64,000 nucleotides of DNA. Origin: Psammoneis japonica (Eukaryota). Within the stretch, counting starts at the first letter, position 1, and each line of letters opens with the position of its first letter. The position numbers and the translations under genes were made by a program. Location of the stretch: NCBI GenBank assembly GCA_008632985.1, contig QPGO01000104.1, forward strand, positions 186,001 to 250,000. Direction: 5' to 3'. The notes under the pieces were generated by a model. It was not told the origin of the DNA. It worked only from the letters and a program-made list of their open reading frames with translations, and made no database searches. Shown one piece after another: positions 24,667-38,147 of this stretch.

Positions 24667-26520
24667 TCAAAGGCCCCGGCAGGTGATCATGCAATGCAAT
24701 GTGGCAGTGATGACGTTGGTGACAGGCGGCACAGCGCAGGAGCTTGGCTTGGGGCTTGGCAGTGGTGGACGAGCCCTCACGTTTCCAGCACATTGTGCCA
24801 AACTGTCAGTGCGCTGCAGGTTGGTGCGTTCACGCAGATCAAAACAATCTGTGGTGGCATGGGTGTGGAGCATGCTGCCTGCTAATTCGAGGTCAGTGTT
24901 GGTGATGGAACCATTGGGGTTGTCGAAGGTTGCCAAATCCCTGGTGACATCGTGGGGAAAGGGCATGCGCCACACCACGGGGCCTGAATCCTGCTGGTGC
25001 CGGGGCCGACCTTGGGGTGAATGCTTTGCCCGGGCCGCCCGGGGGACAGCAGCAGGAGTTGGGATGATGACACCGCCAGCACCATGGCCAGCGGCGTTGT
25101 GGCAGCCGTGCACGGCAAAGTCCAACTGTGCAAGCTCTTGGATGCGCACTGGGTGATCTTCGATGGTTGTGGTGAGATCGCGAAAATCATCCAAGACACT
25201 GTGCACAGTGGGAGTCAAACGGACACGGGAGTCAGGTGGGGTGTGACGGAGAGTGTCTTGTGGCTAAGAGAAAAGGCCTCGGGAGCCGGGTGTGGCAAGC
25301 AAGAGCGAACGGAGTTCTCCAAGCAACTCATGACAGTCGGTGGTGGTGGCATGTTGACGGGTTCGAGGGAAGTCCTGGGCAAGAGTGTCGTGCAGCAGGC
25401 GATTTAAACGTCGGGTGGTGAGACGCAGTGTCACAGCTTTGGTGTCGATGAGCCATCCGAGGACCTCTTTTTGTGTGGACCAGGAGGCATCACCTTTGCA
25501 AAGCTTTTTGACAGAGATCGGTTCGGTGCGATGTGGTGAGTCGTCTGGGGCCAAGGGATGAAAGATGTTGTCAATTGCCACCATCAGTGTGCAATGCACG
25601 TTCAAACGGGCAGCGCGTGAGCCCTGCGCGGCCCCGATGCAGTCATCAACATGTGTCTCCACACAAGCAAGGCGACGAGGACGTCAATGTCCAAGGTGTG
25701 GGTCCGGGTCATTGGGCATTGGGACGGCGATGGTGTCGGGTGGCGGCGGCAGTGTTGGTGGCAACGGCGGGCAATGACTCATGGCAACATGCTCCAAACG
25801 ATGAGGTGGTGCCTGGCAGTTGCACAGGAGGAGTTGGTTGGCAATGTCAGCACCCGTTTCGGTGGAGGTGCTAAAAGCAGGTGGCAAATTTTTCCATCCC
25901 ATTGGCAACTTGGCAGGGATGGCGATGAGTGGTGGCTCACCTGGCAGACTGGGGAAGGCAACAGCTGGGACCTGTGCACGGTCCGGTGCCAACGTCATGT
26001 GGCAGAATCTGTTGGACATGTCGATTTTCATCAGATGGACGTGTCCTTTGTTGGGGTTGGCGAGGAGGAAGCATCGCAGGAGCCGGTCAAGAGCTCTCCT
26101 GAACTGCATGGATTCCACTGGCGTGTTGGGCTGCGCAGCATCGTTGGTTCCGTAGAAAGTGCAGTCTGCGATGGGCCGGGGACATCGTCCATGCTGGGGG
26201 ACTGCTCCAATGGGACTGATGTGGAGTCCTGGGGTGTTCTTCACGTCCTTGCAGGGGACTACAACCCAAAAGCCCTTGTCGACACAGTCGGCCATGTCCT
26301 CACACAAAAACTCAACACACTCGCAGGCGGACTTGTGCGGCCCCCTTTGGATGCTGGCGTCTGGTTTGGCGGCACTCCACGGTGGGTCGGCAACGGTGAC
26401 TGGAATGCCTCGGCGTTTACAACCCTGGAGCATGCAACGGGCAGGATGGTCGTGTGCCCCATGCATGGGGCCCAAGTCACCTCGACCACGATGGTGTTGC
26501 AACAAGCAGCTGAGGCCTCT
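24667..26520 (-). pseudogene. Reverse transcriptase / RNase H of the Ngaro element
   Basis: ISPIGAVPQHGRCPRPIADCT, HLMKIDMSNRFCH, LPMGWKNLPPAF, THVDDCIG (YVDD), KEVLGWLIDT and ITNTDLELAG. Confidence 0.88.
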
Positions 26521-29500
26521 GCGACGCCAATGTGACATGCTCACCCAATTCATCAGTGTCAACTGATTCGGCAATCGCTTGCCCACGTTCCGTGGTGCGG
26601 CATTGCCGCTTCCCAAATCTCTCCGTCTGCGGGGTGATGGATGCTGCTCACTGGCAGTGAAAGAAGGCTCTCGGTCCCGAGTCCCCGAGCTGGGGCCGTT
26701 GCCAATGACCCATTTGGTTGTCCCCAATGCTCCGTGGCCCAAGTGAAAAGTGCATCCTGCTCCGCTTGACTGTGGCCGCCACGATGATCGGCACGGGCAT
26801 TGCAGCTGGAGTTGCGCTGTCCCTTTGGGTGGAACGGGAGGCACCGAGGATTCCCACTGGCGTCCATCGGCAGGGCAATGTTGGCCGCAGCACACCTGTC
26901 CTTGACTGCACGGGAGCGGACCCCCGGCCTGGCGCGAATCTCATCGAATCACGTGTCGCAGTGCTCATTGCGAATCAACATGTTGGCACCTGGGCGTGCC
27001 GGTGGTGGGGGCGCGGCAGGTTGCTGTGGTGCAGCAAACGGTTGGGGTGTCGCCGGTGGAGCTTGGTGTGGCAAGACGGCTGTGGGCAAGTCACACCTCC
27101 AATGCATGGCCCCTTTGGCGGCCAAGCGAACAATGGGTTGTCCTTCAAAGGGCAAAGGTTGGTCAGCACGTGCCTGGTCAGTGAACCACTGCCCGATCTC
27201 TGTCTGGGCCCAACATTGGAGGTCTGCCAGCAAAGTGGGATAGCGCACCATTTGTCATGCCAGCTCGTTGGCACAAACATCCATCGCGCGGCGTTGTTGT
27301 CCCAGCCACGTCGTGACCGCATGCTGGGTTCCTAGACTGGTGGCGAGGATGACACGGTGACCGTCACAGGAGTGTTGGGCTCCTTGCATTGCAGTGGTGA
27401 CCCTGGCTTTGTCTGGTGCCTCCAGGATCTGAGTGTCTGCTGCACTGGGCACATTGTCTCCACAATGGATCTGGCGACAGAGCGCATTGCGGCACGCAAT
27501 TTGCCATTCTTGCTCGGGCATCGTGAGACTGAAGATGAAGGGATCAATCCCTTGGGTGAGGTCATCTTGATTGTGTCTGGCAAAATTCTGTTGGAGCAAC
27601 TTGGACACCAAATTTGCCAATGCGGGCACGTTGAAATGCACCCCAAGGGCCTCACGTTGTTCGTTGACACTGCCTTGGACTGAGGCCACCCGTCCGGGCT
27701 TGGGCGCAGATGCCAAGTCGGCCCACATCTGCGGCAATTGTGTCTCTTGGTAGATCTGACACAAGCACATGATGACGAGGGTGGCTTGCACACCAAAAGC
27801 CTCCCATGGGGTTTTGCCACGTGCACTGGCTTGTGAGCGTGCCTGCAGCGACCAACCTCTGTTGACGCTGCTCTGCCGTGAGGTTGTCAATGGCAGCAAT
27901 CACGGGCTGAAAATGCTGCAATGTCTGCCCTTGTTGCCCCACATGATTGGGCAAATCCCGATTGACCTTTCTCTCAAAATGCCGAATGAGGGATTCATTC
28001 GGCGGCCAGGGCAGAGTGGGCCAGTCCCTGATCACAGCCAAGGCCACATGATCCTGCTGAGCAGCTGCACATGCCACCTTCAGAAAATCCAACAAGGGGC
28101 GGCACTCGTTGACTTGATTTGCCGCGGTCGCCGCACCATGGATTCGTGTGAAGGCCTGTTTGGGTGTCAGCGCAGTCGAGAGCAGTGGATTGACACAACT
28201 GAAAGGCACGAACATGCAATTGCGTGTCCGCACCTCTGCTGCATTGGTGGTCTGATCGGCAACATGGGGGTGAAACCCAAGTGGGTGTGCCGTGATGGCG
28301 GCCAACATCGCGGCGGCGTCTAACACGTGTGTGCCATTGGGTGCAAGATTCGTCATCTCCACCGGGAACTCGGCCAGTTGATGCTGGTTGACCGCTGGAT
28401 CACCTGCAATGCCGCAGGTGCACCCGTCCCAGGGTTGCGCTTGTCCCACTGCCGTCGTGGGGCACGTGGATGGCCTGTGCGAGATTTGGACACATCCGGG
28501 TTTGTTGGCTTGGCCTGGCAAACGACAGTGCATGGCAATGGCCATTGGCATGTCGTGCTCTGATGCGGCGGCAATCCTGGTGAACAAAGCTTGCGGGTTG
28601 CACCTTGACAGTCCATTGATGCCGGCTGCGAAGTCCACCATGGCTTCTTGGTGCTGTCCCTGGTGCAGGTCATGGTTGGCTGCTCCGCAGCAGTCGGCGC
28701 ACATCCGCACTGCCTGCGGTTGCAGCAGCACTGGCACCACATTGGGTCCCTGTGTGGCCGGCACCTGCTCAGGAGCTTGTGGAGGTGCTGGTTGTTGTTG
28801 CCCAATGGGCAGTTGCTGTGCCAGTTGATTCATGGGGTTTGCTGTCCTTGCGGCTTCGGCTGTGGCTGCTGTGGCCCTGGAGCAGGCTGCCCTGGCTGTT
28901 GGCCTGCTGGTGGCACCGGATGCATGGGCGGTGGGGTGGCACGTTCTGATGAGCATTTGTGTTTCCTGGGTCCGGTGGCGCGCCGGTGTTCAACATGATG
29001 TTTCGAATTGGTTGCACTCCTGCTTGTGCGAAGCAAAATTGAAAAGAAGGCAACAACAGCGGCGGAGGTCTCCTGCGTCGAACTCAACAGCGATCAACCA
29101 TCTAGAGCCCGGCTTGCTGTTGTTGTTCTCGAAAGAATGAAAACAACGAAAGCCGGAGAAGAGACATTCTAACTCCCGTGCAATGCACGGCACTTTCAAC
29201 AGGAAGGAATTGGGAATCCCTCTTTGCGGATCTCACGAGGACAGCGACCTAAAAAGTAAACCAGGCCTGCGGGGGAGCATTGACCACTTGTCTTTCTTTG
29301 TGGGTGTGGGTGTGTGCCGTTGCATGCTGCATTGCCTGTACGTACGTAGGGCCCTACCGCCGGGGCCGGTGTCGGCATTGTGGCGGCTGAGTGGCGTGGC
29401 CACCGCACCGGTGACGCGGATGACCGTTATATTTGATGTCTCATGCCATTTTTGGGGCTGTAGCGAGGTGCACGGACACTCTTTTTTTTCCAATTTATCG

Positions 29501-30127
29501 CCATAATAGCGCATCGCACAAACTCACTTATTGTTCGATATGCTTTCCCCAATATGACTTTTTCGTGTAGAATTCACTATAAATTATCTTTGTATATAAC
29601 TGAATACATTTTTGAACATGCCACGCCGGCAATCCCAATTTTTCAGAACTTTCGAGCTCTCCTGAAAAACCGTGCCACGACCTCTCATGTCCTCAATGAT
29701 CATTCTACGAATCCGAAGAATTCATCTGTACTAAACAACCCATCCCGTTCCAAATTCCCAGGGACACACTTTCAAATTCAGACGGACCCCCCCCGACTGC
29801 CCGACTGCCGGACCGACACGAAAAAGTCTGCAATCACCAACCACTGAGTGGTCAATGAAAACCCCGGATGTGTGTCCAGTCTTCAAGTCCGATGAGCCGA
29901 TGAGAATTCGAAGCCACAGCATGCAGAAGCAGTACTACAGTAGAGAGTGTAGAGGCCGTGTTCGCATTGTGTATTTCTCAAAAGATACTGTACGCTGTCT
30001 TCTAAACGTGACGGTAATTGAAGAAACTTTTTGAAAGCAAGTCAATGTTCTTTGTGCCATATGCTTGCCATTTTCAGCGTCTCACTTCTCTGGATCTTAT
30101 TTGTCATATTCTCACACGCAGCAAACC

Positions 30128-32077
30128 ATGAGTCAGAAGCCAGAAAAGCAAAAGTTTAGCCAGGAGGCGGAGGAAGGGGAGAATGGAGGTTCGGGAGAAA
30201 CCAGAAAGAATGATCCTGGAGACCTATCAATCGAAAGAAAAGGAGGCAAGAGTCATCATGGCGGTGTTAAGAAGATTTGGCACAAGCACGCATCGGGTTC
30301 GCTTTGTTTGGAGGAATCGAGAACGAAAGCAAACGGAAGGAAGGACTCATCCTCCACAGGAGAGAAAGGAAAGCACTACCATAATCACCGCCACTTTAAT
30401 TCTCCCCATGCTCCTCCGGAAAAAGCACAATCTACTTCCTTACATTGCCATGCCGAAATCTGCGACAAGAGTGACATTTCACCACCTCCAATACCAAATC
30501 ACAGCATTCATTCACATTCTCCACGAAATGCTGCAACCTTGCCTGGTGCCGTTCGTGAAGGAAACAACGGTTATGGCAATGATCAACATGAATACACCAC
30601 GATATACGAGGAGTCACCTCTGCCCCGAGATGATTCTTTGGAACGACAGGGAAGAAGTCACGAAGAGTCTTTGTTTCCCGTGGTTTCAGCGCATCGAGTC
30701 GAGGACCCGATTCTTGTGTCAGCCGTTGAGGCGAAGGATGACCAAGATCCAAAGTTTTGGGCGATATCCCGCAATCGAATCATCGTTATTGTTGTCGTTG
30801 CCATCATTGCCAGTCTCGCTATTGGTCTGGGACTGGCACTAACGTTACGCGACACTACATCAGGTGACAACATAGATGAGCCCGAGCCTCTTGCGGGAAA
30901 CTGGGTCCAAGTCGGTCAAGACATTGTCGGTGCATCTCCGACCGATGGATTCGGGTCATCCATTTCACTATCGGCAGACGGAAATACGATCGCTATCGGT
31001 GCCCTCTACAATGATGCCAATGGTGCTAGCTCTGGACACGTTCGTCTGTACCGCAACAATGTGAATAATGGTGAGTGGGAACAGCTAGGGCATGATATTA
31101 TTGGTGAAGCTTCTGGCGATCAATCGGGATGGTCCGTGGCATTGTCTGCGGATTCTAGTGTAGTTGCCGTTGGCGCGTGGTTGAACGATGGTGCGCAACA
31201 CGGGGATGAGAGCAACTCTGGCCACGTTAGGGTGTTTGAAAATGCAGATGGACATGGCAACTGGACACAGATAGGCCAAGACCTTGATGGTGAAGCGCCT
31301 GCCGATGAGTTTGGCACCTCGGTGGCACTCTCATTGGATGGTGGAACTGTTGCGATAGGCGGAGATGAAAACAACGGCGAAACCGGTAAAAAATCGGGTC
31401 ACGTGCGAGTGTTTGTCAGGCAGGAAAATGGTAAATGGATTCAACTTGGTGATGATATTGATGGAGAAGCTTCCAATGACAGCTCTGGTTGGTATACTGC
31501 ATTGTCTTATGATGGAACGGTGGTAGCCATTGGAGCACCGTGGAACAGTGAAAATGGAGAAGAGGCTGGTCATGTTCGGGTGTTTGTGTGGACTGGAGGT
31601 GAATGGGCCCAAGTGGGAAAAGACATTGATGGAACTCAAGGAGCGAAGAGTGGCTATTCAGTATCCATGTCCTCTTTCGGAGAAATGGTGGCAGTTGGGG
31701 CCGTCGGCTACCAATCTGATAGAGGTCTTGTACGTGCCCTGAACCTCGTTGGCAATGAGTGGGAGCAAATTGGTCAGAATATTGTTGGAAAGGAGGAAAA
31801 CGATGGCTTTGGCTGGTCTACTTCACTTTCGTCTTATGGGACAGTTCTGGCGGTTGGAGCACCACAAATCACCGGAAGCAGTCCTGGCTATGCCCGTGTC
31901 TTTCTGAGAAATGTAGATGATGTGTGGGTCCAGCTTGGACAAGACATTGTGGGATTGAGCGCTGGGGAATTTTGTGGATGGAAGGTGTCACTGTCCACTG
32001 ACGGTACCACTTTGGCTGTTGCTTCACCATTTACAGGCCATGTTCGAGTGTATCACCTCACGGAAGATGGAACCTAG
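30128..32077 (+). CDS. Type II membrane protein with FG-GAP-like beta-propeller repeats
   Basis: Disordered N-terminus, TM segment IIVIVVVAIIASLAIGLGLAL, and ~7 repeats of W.Q.G.DI.G....D.FG.SV.LS.DG..VA.GA. Confidence 0.88.
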   Translation: MSQKPEKQKFSQEAEEGENGGSGETRKNDPGDLSIERKGGKSHHGGVKKIWHKHASGSLCLEESRTKANGRKDSSSTGEKGKHYHNHRHFNSPHAPPEKAQSTSLHCHAEICDKSDISPPPIPNHSIHSHSPRNAATLPGAVREGNNGYGNDQHEYTTIYEESPLPRDDSLERQGRSHEESLFPVVSAHRVEDPILVSAVEAKDDQDPKFWAISRNRIIVIVVVAIIASLAIGLGLALTLRDTTSGDNIDEPEPLAGNWVQVGQDIVGASPTDGFGSSISLSADGNTIAIGALYNDANGASSGHVRLYRNNVNNGEWEQLGHDIIGEASGDQSGWSVALSADSSVVAVGAWLNDGAQHGDESNSGHVRVFENADGHGNWTQIGQDLDGEAPADEFGTSVALSLDGGTVAIGGDENNGETGKKSGHVRVFVRQENGKWIQLGDDIDGEASNDSSGWYTALSYDGTVVAIGAPWNSENGEEAGHVRVFVWTGGEWAQVGKDIDGTQGAKSGYSVSMSSFGEMVAVGAVGYQSDRGLVRALNLVGNEWEQIGQNIVGKEENDGFGWSTSLSSYGTVLAVGAPQITGSSPGYARVFLRNVDDVWVQLGQDIVGLSAGEFCGWKVSLSTDGTTLAVASPFTGHVRVYHLTEDGT

Positions 32078-32299
32078 GGTGTTCGTTATCTTATTCCGTA
32101 CCCGCTGGACATAACATTTTCTCCCGGTGTTTCTGCACTCTAATTGTTACTCCCATAATGTATGTTATTTACAAAACTTAAAACGGCAAATTTCTTTTTA
32201 TGAACCTGTTCTTCAATTTGAATGCCAAAACGTTGATGTTCCCTTGATGTTCCTCTTTGTCAGTGCACCACATTTGGGCCCAACGACATTTAAGGCACT

Positions 32300-34700
32300 C
32301 TTGAAGCGATGCACACAGCCCGCAAATGACAACCCCGGTTCATGATCCAAAATCGTGCCTTGAGTGGGACCAAAGACACCAGAAATTGTTGCCAAAAGTC
32401 ACTTTTCTGAGGTCCATTTGGCATCATCTGTGGGCATTCTTTCCAGACTGTTGCAATGTGAAGCTGGCAAAATTGCGCTGCATCATCTGCAAATTTCAGT
32501 TGACTTGTGTCTTCACGTTAACTTTGCTGGTGTGAAAAGTTGCAGTTGTTGTGCTTTTGTGCGGAGATGTGGGAGGAGTTGCAAAGAAGGAAATTGTGGT
32601 CACAACCGCACCTGTGTCAAAGGAGAGCACAGTCAATGGCGACAATGACGGGGGTTCCAAGTGCACTGCTGTGCAAAAAAGCAAGCAAAAAGCCACATTT
32701 CATGTTGTGCACAGTGCTGACACAAGATCTGTTCAGCTGCAAAGGTGGGTGCATGATGCTCACTCAGATCCTGGCTCTCAGAGGTGCAAGGAATGGGGCT
32801 GAGGGCAGTGTGCCAGTGTCTGGGAAGAGCAGAGAAGGTGGTCTGAGAGCACCACTGTGTGGACCAATGCAGCACTTCAGGGTGTGCATTTTTGGAGCAG
32901 TGTGCGCTGCAAATGGCCAAATCAAAAGGCTGTGCTTTTTGACAAAATTTGGTTGCAGCAAGTCTCTCTTGCACTTCCTTTGAGAAACCACAAGAACACC
33001 AGCACTTGCAACTGTGTTTGCAAGCACTTGTCACCCCTTCAGGTTGCATGACAAGAGTGGATTAACTGGCAAGCAACCAGTGTTTTGCTTTTGCAAACAC
33101 TGTCTTTGCACTTGAACCTCATTTGCCACACTCAGACAAACAAAATCAGATGCACCACCTGTTTCTCTGTGCACGGCAAAGTGGGATCACAGCAACACAT
33201 AAAATCCACCTCTTCCTGTTGCTTGAAGACTTTGTTTGCACATTTGGATGGAGTTGCCCCAGCCAGCAGCCCCACAGCCAGACATGACCACAAATCCTGA
33301 CAGGACTTGGTGCACAATGTGGTCTTTTTTCATTTGCAAAGAGCTCTGTTTCTGTGGGAGAGCCAAACAGCACTGGCAACAAAAGCAGGGCCAGGGGCAA
33401 AAGCCACCAGTGCCGTGCATCATGGCTTTGTAAAAGAAGGGGAGACTTGGCTGGCTCTGTGCTCAAGCTGAGGCAGGGCACTGGAAAGCAAGGGAGGGGG
33501 GCTTGGCTAAAGTGAGTGCACAGCAGATGTAAAAAGGCACAGCATTGAAGCATTTCTCTGCTTTGGGGCACCTGCACTGGGCAGAGCATGCTTTCATCTC
33601 AGCAGCAACATGCTGTGCATGGAGAGCCCCAGAGAAAGAGTGGCTGGCAAAGCACATGCAACACACACAGGGGCTTGCATGGTCAAGAGCGGCGGTGACA
33701 AAAATCTGTGCCATCAACACACTGGAGCATGGCAGCACAGCATCATCTCAAGTTTCATGCATCACACAGGCTCCAGTGTGAACATTGGGCACCAGTGCCA
33801 GTGAGAGGAGGCAAGTGTGAGCACCCCCATGCAAATGCATCCTGGTGCTCAGAGTTCAGAGTGCACTCATGGGTGACATGCAGTGCTGCATCAATGGGTT
33901 GCACTGGACAGAAGATGGCTCCCTGCACTGTGAAAATGCTGAAGAGAGAGACAGAGATGTGGATGAAAGAAGCCAGGCTTTGTTTTCTCATTTTGTGGTT
34001 GGCACAAGAAAGTCAAAAGAGGCTTTTTTTGGGTGTCCATCTGCTGCCCAATGGTTGTTGCACTGACATGGCATTGCACTGAAGTGGTTGTCACTTTCTG
34101 CTCTTTGGACAAGTGCTGCTTCATCGTTGCACAAAATGAGTTGTCTGCAAGCTGCAGCACAACAGCGTCTTTAAACACCATGCTGTGACCTGTGACATTG
34201 GATCAGCTTTGCCTCCCCTCATGTGATGAAATGCTCCAATGTCAAGAGGCTTTCTTCACACAAAATGTGTTGTCTGCAAGCTGCTGCAGCACAAGGGTGT
34301 CTTTAAACAACATGATGGCTGCTGTGACATTGGCGCCAGTTTTGCTTCCACTCCTGTGAAAAAATGCTCATTTGTCTGCATGTCAACTCTGCTGCTTTCT
34401 ACGTTGGTGCTTGGCTGGACTTCTTGCTTCTTGCCAAGAACTTCCTCAATTGAAAAGAGCACAACTCAAAGTGACTGAAGGAAAATTGGAACCTGGCTGC
34501 CTCAGGCTTCTTCGTTCATCACATGACAACACAGAGCTCTTGCTCAAAGAAAAACCAATTCCATCCATGATGATTTGACGGTTGCCTGCTTTGCACAGCA
34601 CACACTTGAGATTAAATCATTCCATCCAGCCAACACCAGCCAACACTGGTGTCCTGCCAGACAGGTGAATGCAAGCATGGAGACCTGCGGATTCTTTCTT
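32300..34700. other. TpA/CpG-depleted degenerate block 3
   Basis: TA almost absent except in TTAA/TAAA contexts; Tyr-free spurious ORFs. Confidence 0.8.
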
Positions 34701-34989
34701 TTTAGGAAAAGCATGCGTCAATGTGAGAAATGTGCCCAACAACACCCATGCCGGAGTGCCGCACCGATGCATCTACGCGTTGCCAGCGTTTCAGTGCCGT
34801 CTCCGACGCATGAGCTATCGTTTGTACCTGGCATTCGATAAGTCGGGAAAGAGTCGCCGTTTCACTTGCGTCACGCGTCGCAACGAATTCGATTTCAACA
34901 AACAACAACTATTCTACGGCAAAATCAGAATATTCTGTGGACGACTTCAACAAGGGAGCAAGCTATTTATTGGGGTAGGTTTCACTGCG

Positions 34990-37900
34990 TCACAGCCAAA
35001 CGTCTGCAACATCCTTGTTGTCAAAACGCTGTCCACATGCTGGACACTTCCTCGACCGATTCTGTTTTAGCCGACGAGCAGCGGTTAGAAAACGGGCGAT
35101 CACATGTCATTTGTCTTTGAAGCACACAAATCTTACCCTGACGTTCTCTTCCACACATTGTTTGCAAAACATGTGTCGGCATCGTAGCAAAATGCACTTT
35201 TTGTCCCGGACATTGCACACAGGACACGCGAGACGACCTTTCAACACGGAAACCTGCGTTGTGAGTTCTTCTGTAGTGAATTCCGAGCTCATTCCTTGTG
35301 ACTTGGACAAGTTGCTTAATCTCTTTGCGGTTTCGGTTGATTCACGCTGTGCCACTGCCAAGGACTCTACAAGTCGAGCTTTCTCTTCTTTGTCTTTGGT
35401 AGCTTCCCTAGCAAGCTCTTCGCAACGAGTTTTGGATGTTTCCGTGCTTTTCTGTAAAGACATCATTTCTGCTTTGGATTGAGACAATGCGGCTTGGGCA
35501 GTTTCCTTTTCCTGCTGCAACGACTCGCATTTTGCTTTCATGGCTGCTAGCTGCTCCTCGAGCGCCTTGTATTCGCAAAATGAGTGAACCGCTTGGTTTG
35601 AGCTAGCATGAATAGTGACACATTATCATTCCGCAACAAACACATACCTGCTTCTCCTTGAGAGCTTCCTCTTCAACCCGCTCTTTAGCATTGGTAGCGA
35701 GACGAGCAGCGAGAGCGACCTGTCCAGAACTCTTTCCTTGCTGCTCGAGTAGCTCCTTTTCTTGCTCCAGCTTGTCGGCAAGGCTTTTAAGATGCAAAAT
35801 AGTCGACAGTGATTTCGCATTCATATCATCCTTCTCCGCACTTTGTTTCACCAACCGCGAGTTCGTTTTGACAAGGGCATCCCGTTCTTTCTCCGCGCGC
35901 TACAATACGATAGTAACAACACCAGCGTTGGGTTTCAGTTCTGGCTAACAACATCCATACCCCATCAAGAACAATCCAACGACCCCTACTCACCTCTTGT
36001 TTCGCTTTAGCTAAATCCTTGCTTTCCTTTGCCCCTAGCAACTGCTTTCTCATTTGTCGGTGTTCCTTGATGAGTTTCTCCATGGAAGCCTGCGACACCT
36101 TATTGTTATTATCCTTTGAGACTGACGCCGCCGGCGGCACATCTGCAGCTCGAGACGCCGATTTCCCAGCCACTAGAGCTGCATTCTTGACTTTTAGTTC
36201 CTCTAGCTTGGCTTGCAGCCCCTCATTCATTTTAAGAGCTTCCGCCAGGGTCACTCGCACCGTTTCGGCCTGTCGTACATTTTCCAATGCTTGTTTCAGC
36301 TTGTGTTGCAACTGAGCAATTTCCTCTGCTTGTTGTTCCATCAGCCCCACCTCACCGTCGCCGTGCAGTTCATTCCATCGTTTCTTATGCTTTTGTTGCA
36401 AGTCTTCCAGACTCTGTTTGGCCAGCTCGGCATTTCCCTTGGCTTGTGCCCACTCTTTTGTTGCGTGCTGTAGTTGTTCCTCTTTTTCCTCGAGCTGTCG
36501 CTTACAGGACTCTAATTGCGCATTCAATTCCACATGGAGACTCGATTGTTTCACGTCCTCATCTGAAACGACCTTCTTTTCGGATGAATCCAACAAGAGA
36601 CTGTTTATTCGCTTCGTTTGTTCCTCTCGTTCCTTGATGATCTATTTTTCGAAAATAATAGTGTCGTCAAGGAGACCCGCCAGACTGTCAGCGATACAGT
36701 TCAATAATACACGATCAAAAAGTCAAACTTAAAATCACGCATACACACACCTCTTGTAATTGTTCTTGCCGACTCGTCGCCACTGCTTGCAAATCTTTTA
36801 GTTGCCTCTTGAGATCATTCACTTGGGCCGTATCCACCACGGCAGAGGACTTTTCCTCTTGTTCTCCCTCCTGCGCGTGTGGTGGTGGTGGTGGTGAAGA
36901 AGTTTCCAATTTGATGGGCGCCGACGCTTGTTCCAATGCGACCGATGCTGCAATATTCTCCACGTCGGATTCTTCCACTTGCTTCATGACTTCCTCCAGC
37001 TTGACTCGCCCGGCTGCCAATCGATAGAGTCCCCGTCTAACCCGACGATCCGATTCGGTTGCGTCGTCTCGTGCCTTGCTCAATTCATCAATTTGTGTCT
37101 GACTGGCCGCGTGCAACAGTTTTAACTGATTCAATTCAGCTTGGAGCGTCGCCGTGTCGATCGTAGTACTAGCATTGGTATCATTGGAGGAGCTGTAATT
37201 CAAAATGCTCTCTTGCAATTGCTGCGCCCGCCGTGCTATACCAGCCGCGACTTGATCCATACTACTACTACCACTACTACTATCCCCGTTCACTCTGGCC
37301 AAGCTTGACAGCGAATCCAACAAGGCAGTGATCATTTCCACATTCTTACCAGATCCCGTACTGGCAATACCGATGTTGTTTGAGCTACTAGAAATGGTGT
37401 GCTGCAAATTTGGGGAGGTGCATAGAGAGCGAGTAGGTGCGCAACCCGCAAAAAAAGAGGAGAGCGATAGGTTGTTTAGCAAACGCATAAGAATATCAGG
37501 ATATGAGCAAACAGAAGATGAAACCGCTAGTATGCCAATCAAACACCCTGTTCACGCCCCCCACAGCTTCATAAGTCTCTTGTAGGAGTATTCGCGCAGA
37601 AGCATCCCATACATACACACAAACTCACCACATGATTTTGTTGTTGTTGTTTCAACATGACTTCCATTTTCGTCCATGACGATTCCAATTCCTGAATAGC
37701 CCGTATAGCCTTATTGACTGATTCACGTCTAGCATCTCGTTCCTCTTGTAATTGAGATTTACTAAATTGCAACGCTTTGAGTTCGGATGCAAGCGCCCGA
37801 TTCTGATGCAACAAGTAAAAGGCATTTTCTTCTGAAACGACTGCTGAAGAAGGACTAGGAGACGGTCTCTGTCGTTTGGAACCACGTGGTGACTTTGGTA

Positions 37901-38147
37901 AAGAAGAACTGCTTGTTACTTTTGGTATTGGATTCGCAGTAGCAGAAGGATTTGGAGCCTTGGGAGCAGTAGCAGAAGGAGTCGATGGAGCAGTTGACTG
38001 CGTTTTGGGAGCTTGAATTCTCGGGACCTTTTGCGGCGGTTGCTGAGGACTACTTTTGTTGCTCCTTTCTTCTGTAGATGATGATGGTAAACTATTGGGT
38101 TGACCGCCGCTCTGTTGTCGTGCTCGTTCCGCCAGTGCTCGCTTCAT
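34990..38147 (-). CDS. BRE1: E3 ubiquitin ligase BRE1-like (multi-exon, coiled coil + C-terminal RING)
   Basis: Starts MKRALAER, contains QNRALASEL and long coiled coils. The RING CPVCNVRDKKCILLRCRHMFCKQC is spliced to NRSRKCPACGQRF...VWL* (stop 34990-34992). Internal exon borders not all resolved. Confidence 0.88.

Larger units (their letters stand above)
22865..29245 (-). mobile_element. Ngaro/PAT-type tyrosine-recombinase retrotransposon with split direct repeats (A1-ORFs-B1-A2-B2), mutated
   Basis: A1 29101-29245 matches A2 23046-23190. B1 ~23192-23335 matches B2 ~22865-23007. Contains gag-like (27255-28956), RT (~25260-26500), RNase H (24667-25218) and YR (23429-24600) remnants. Confidence 0.92.
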
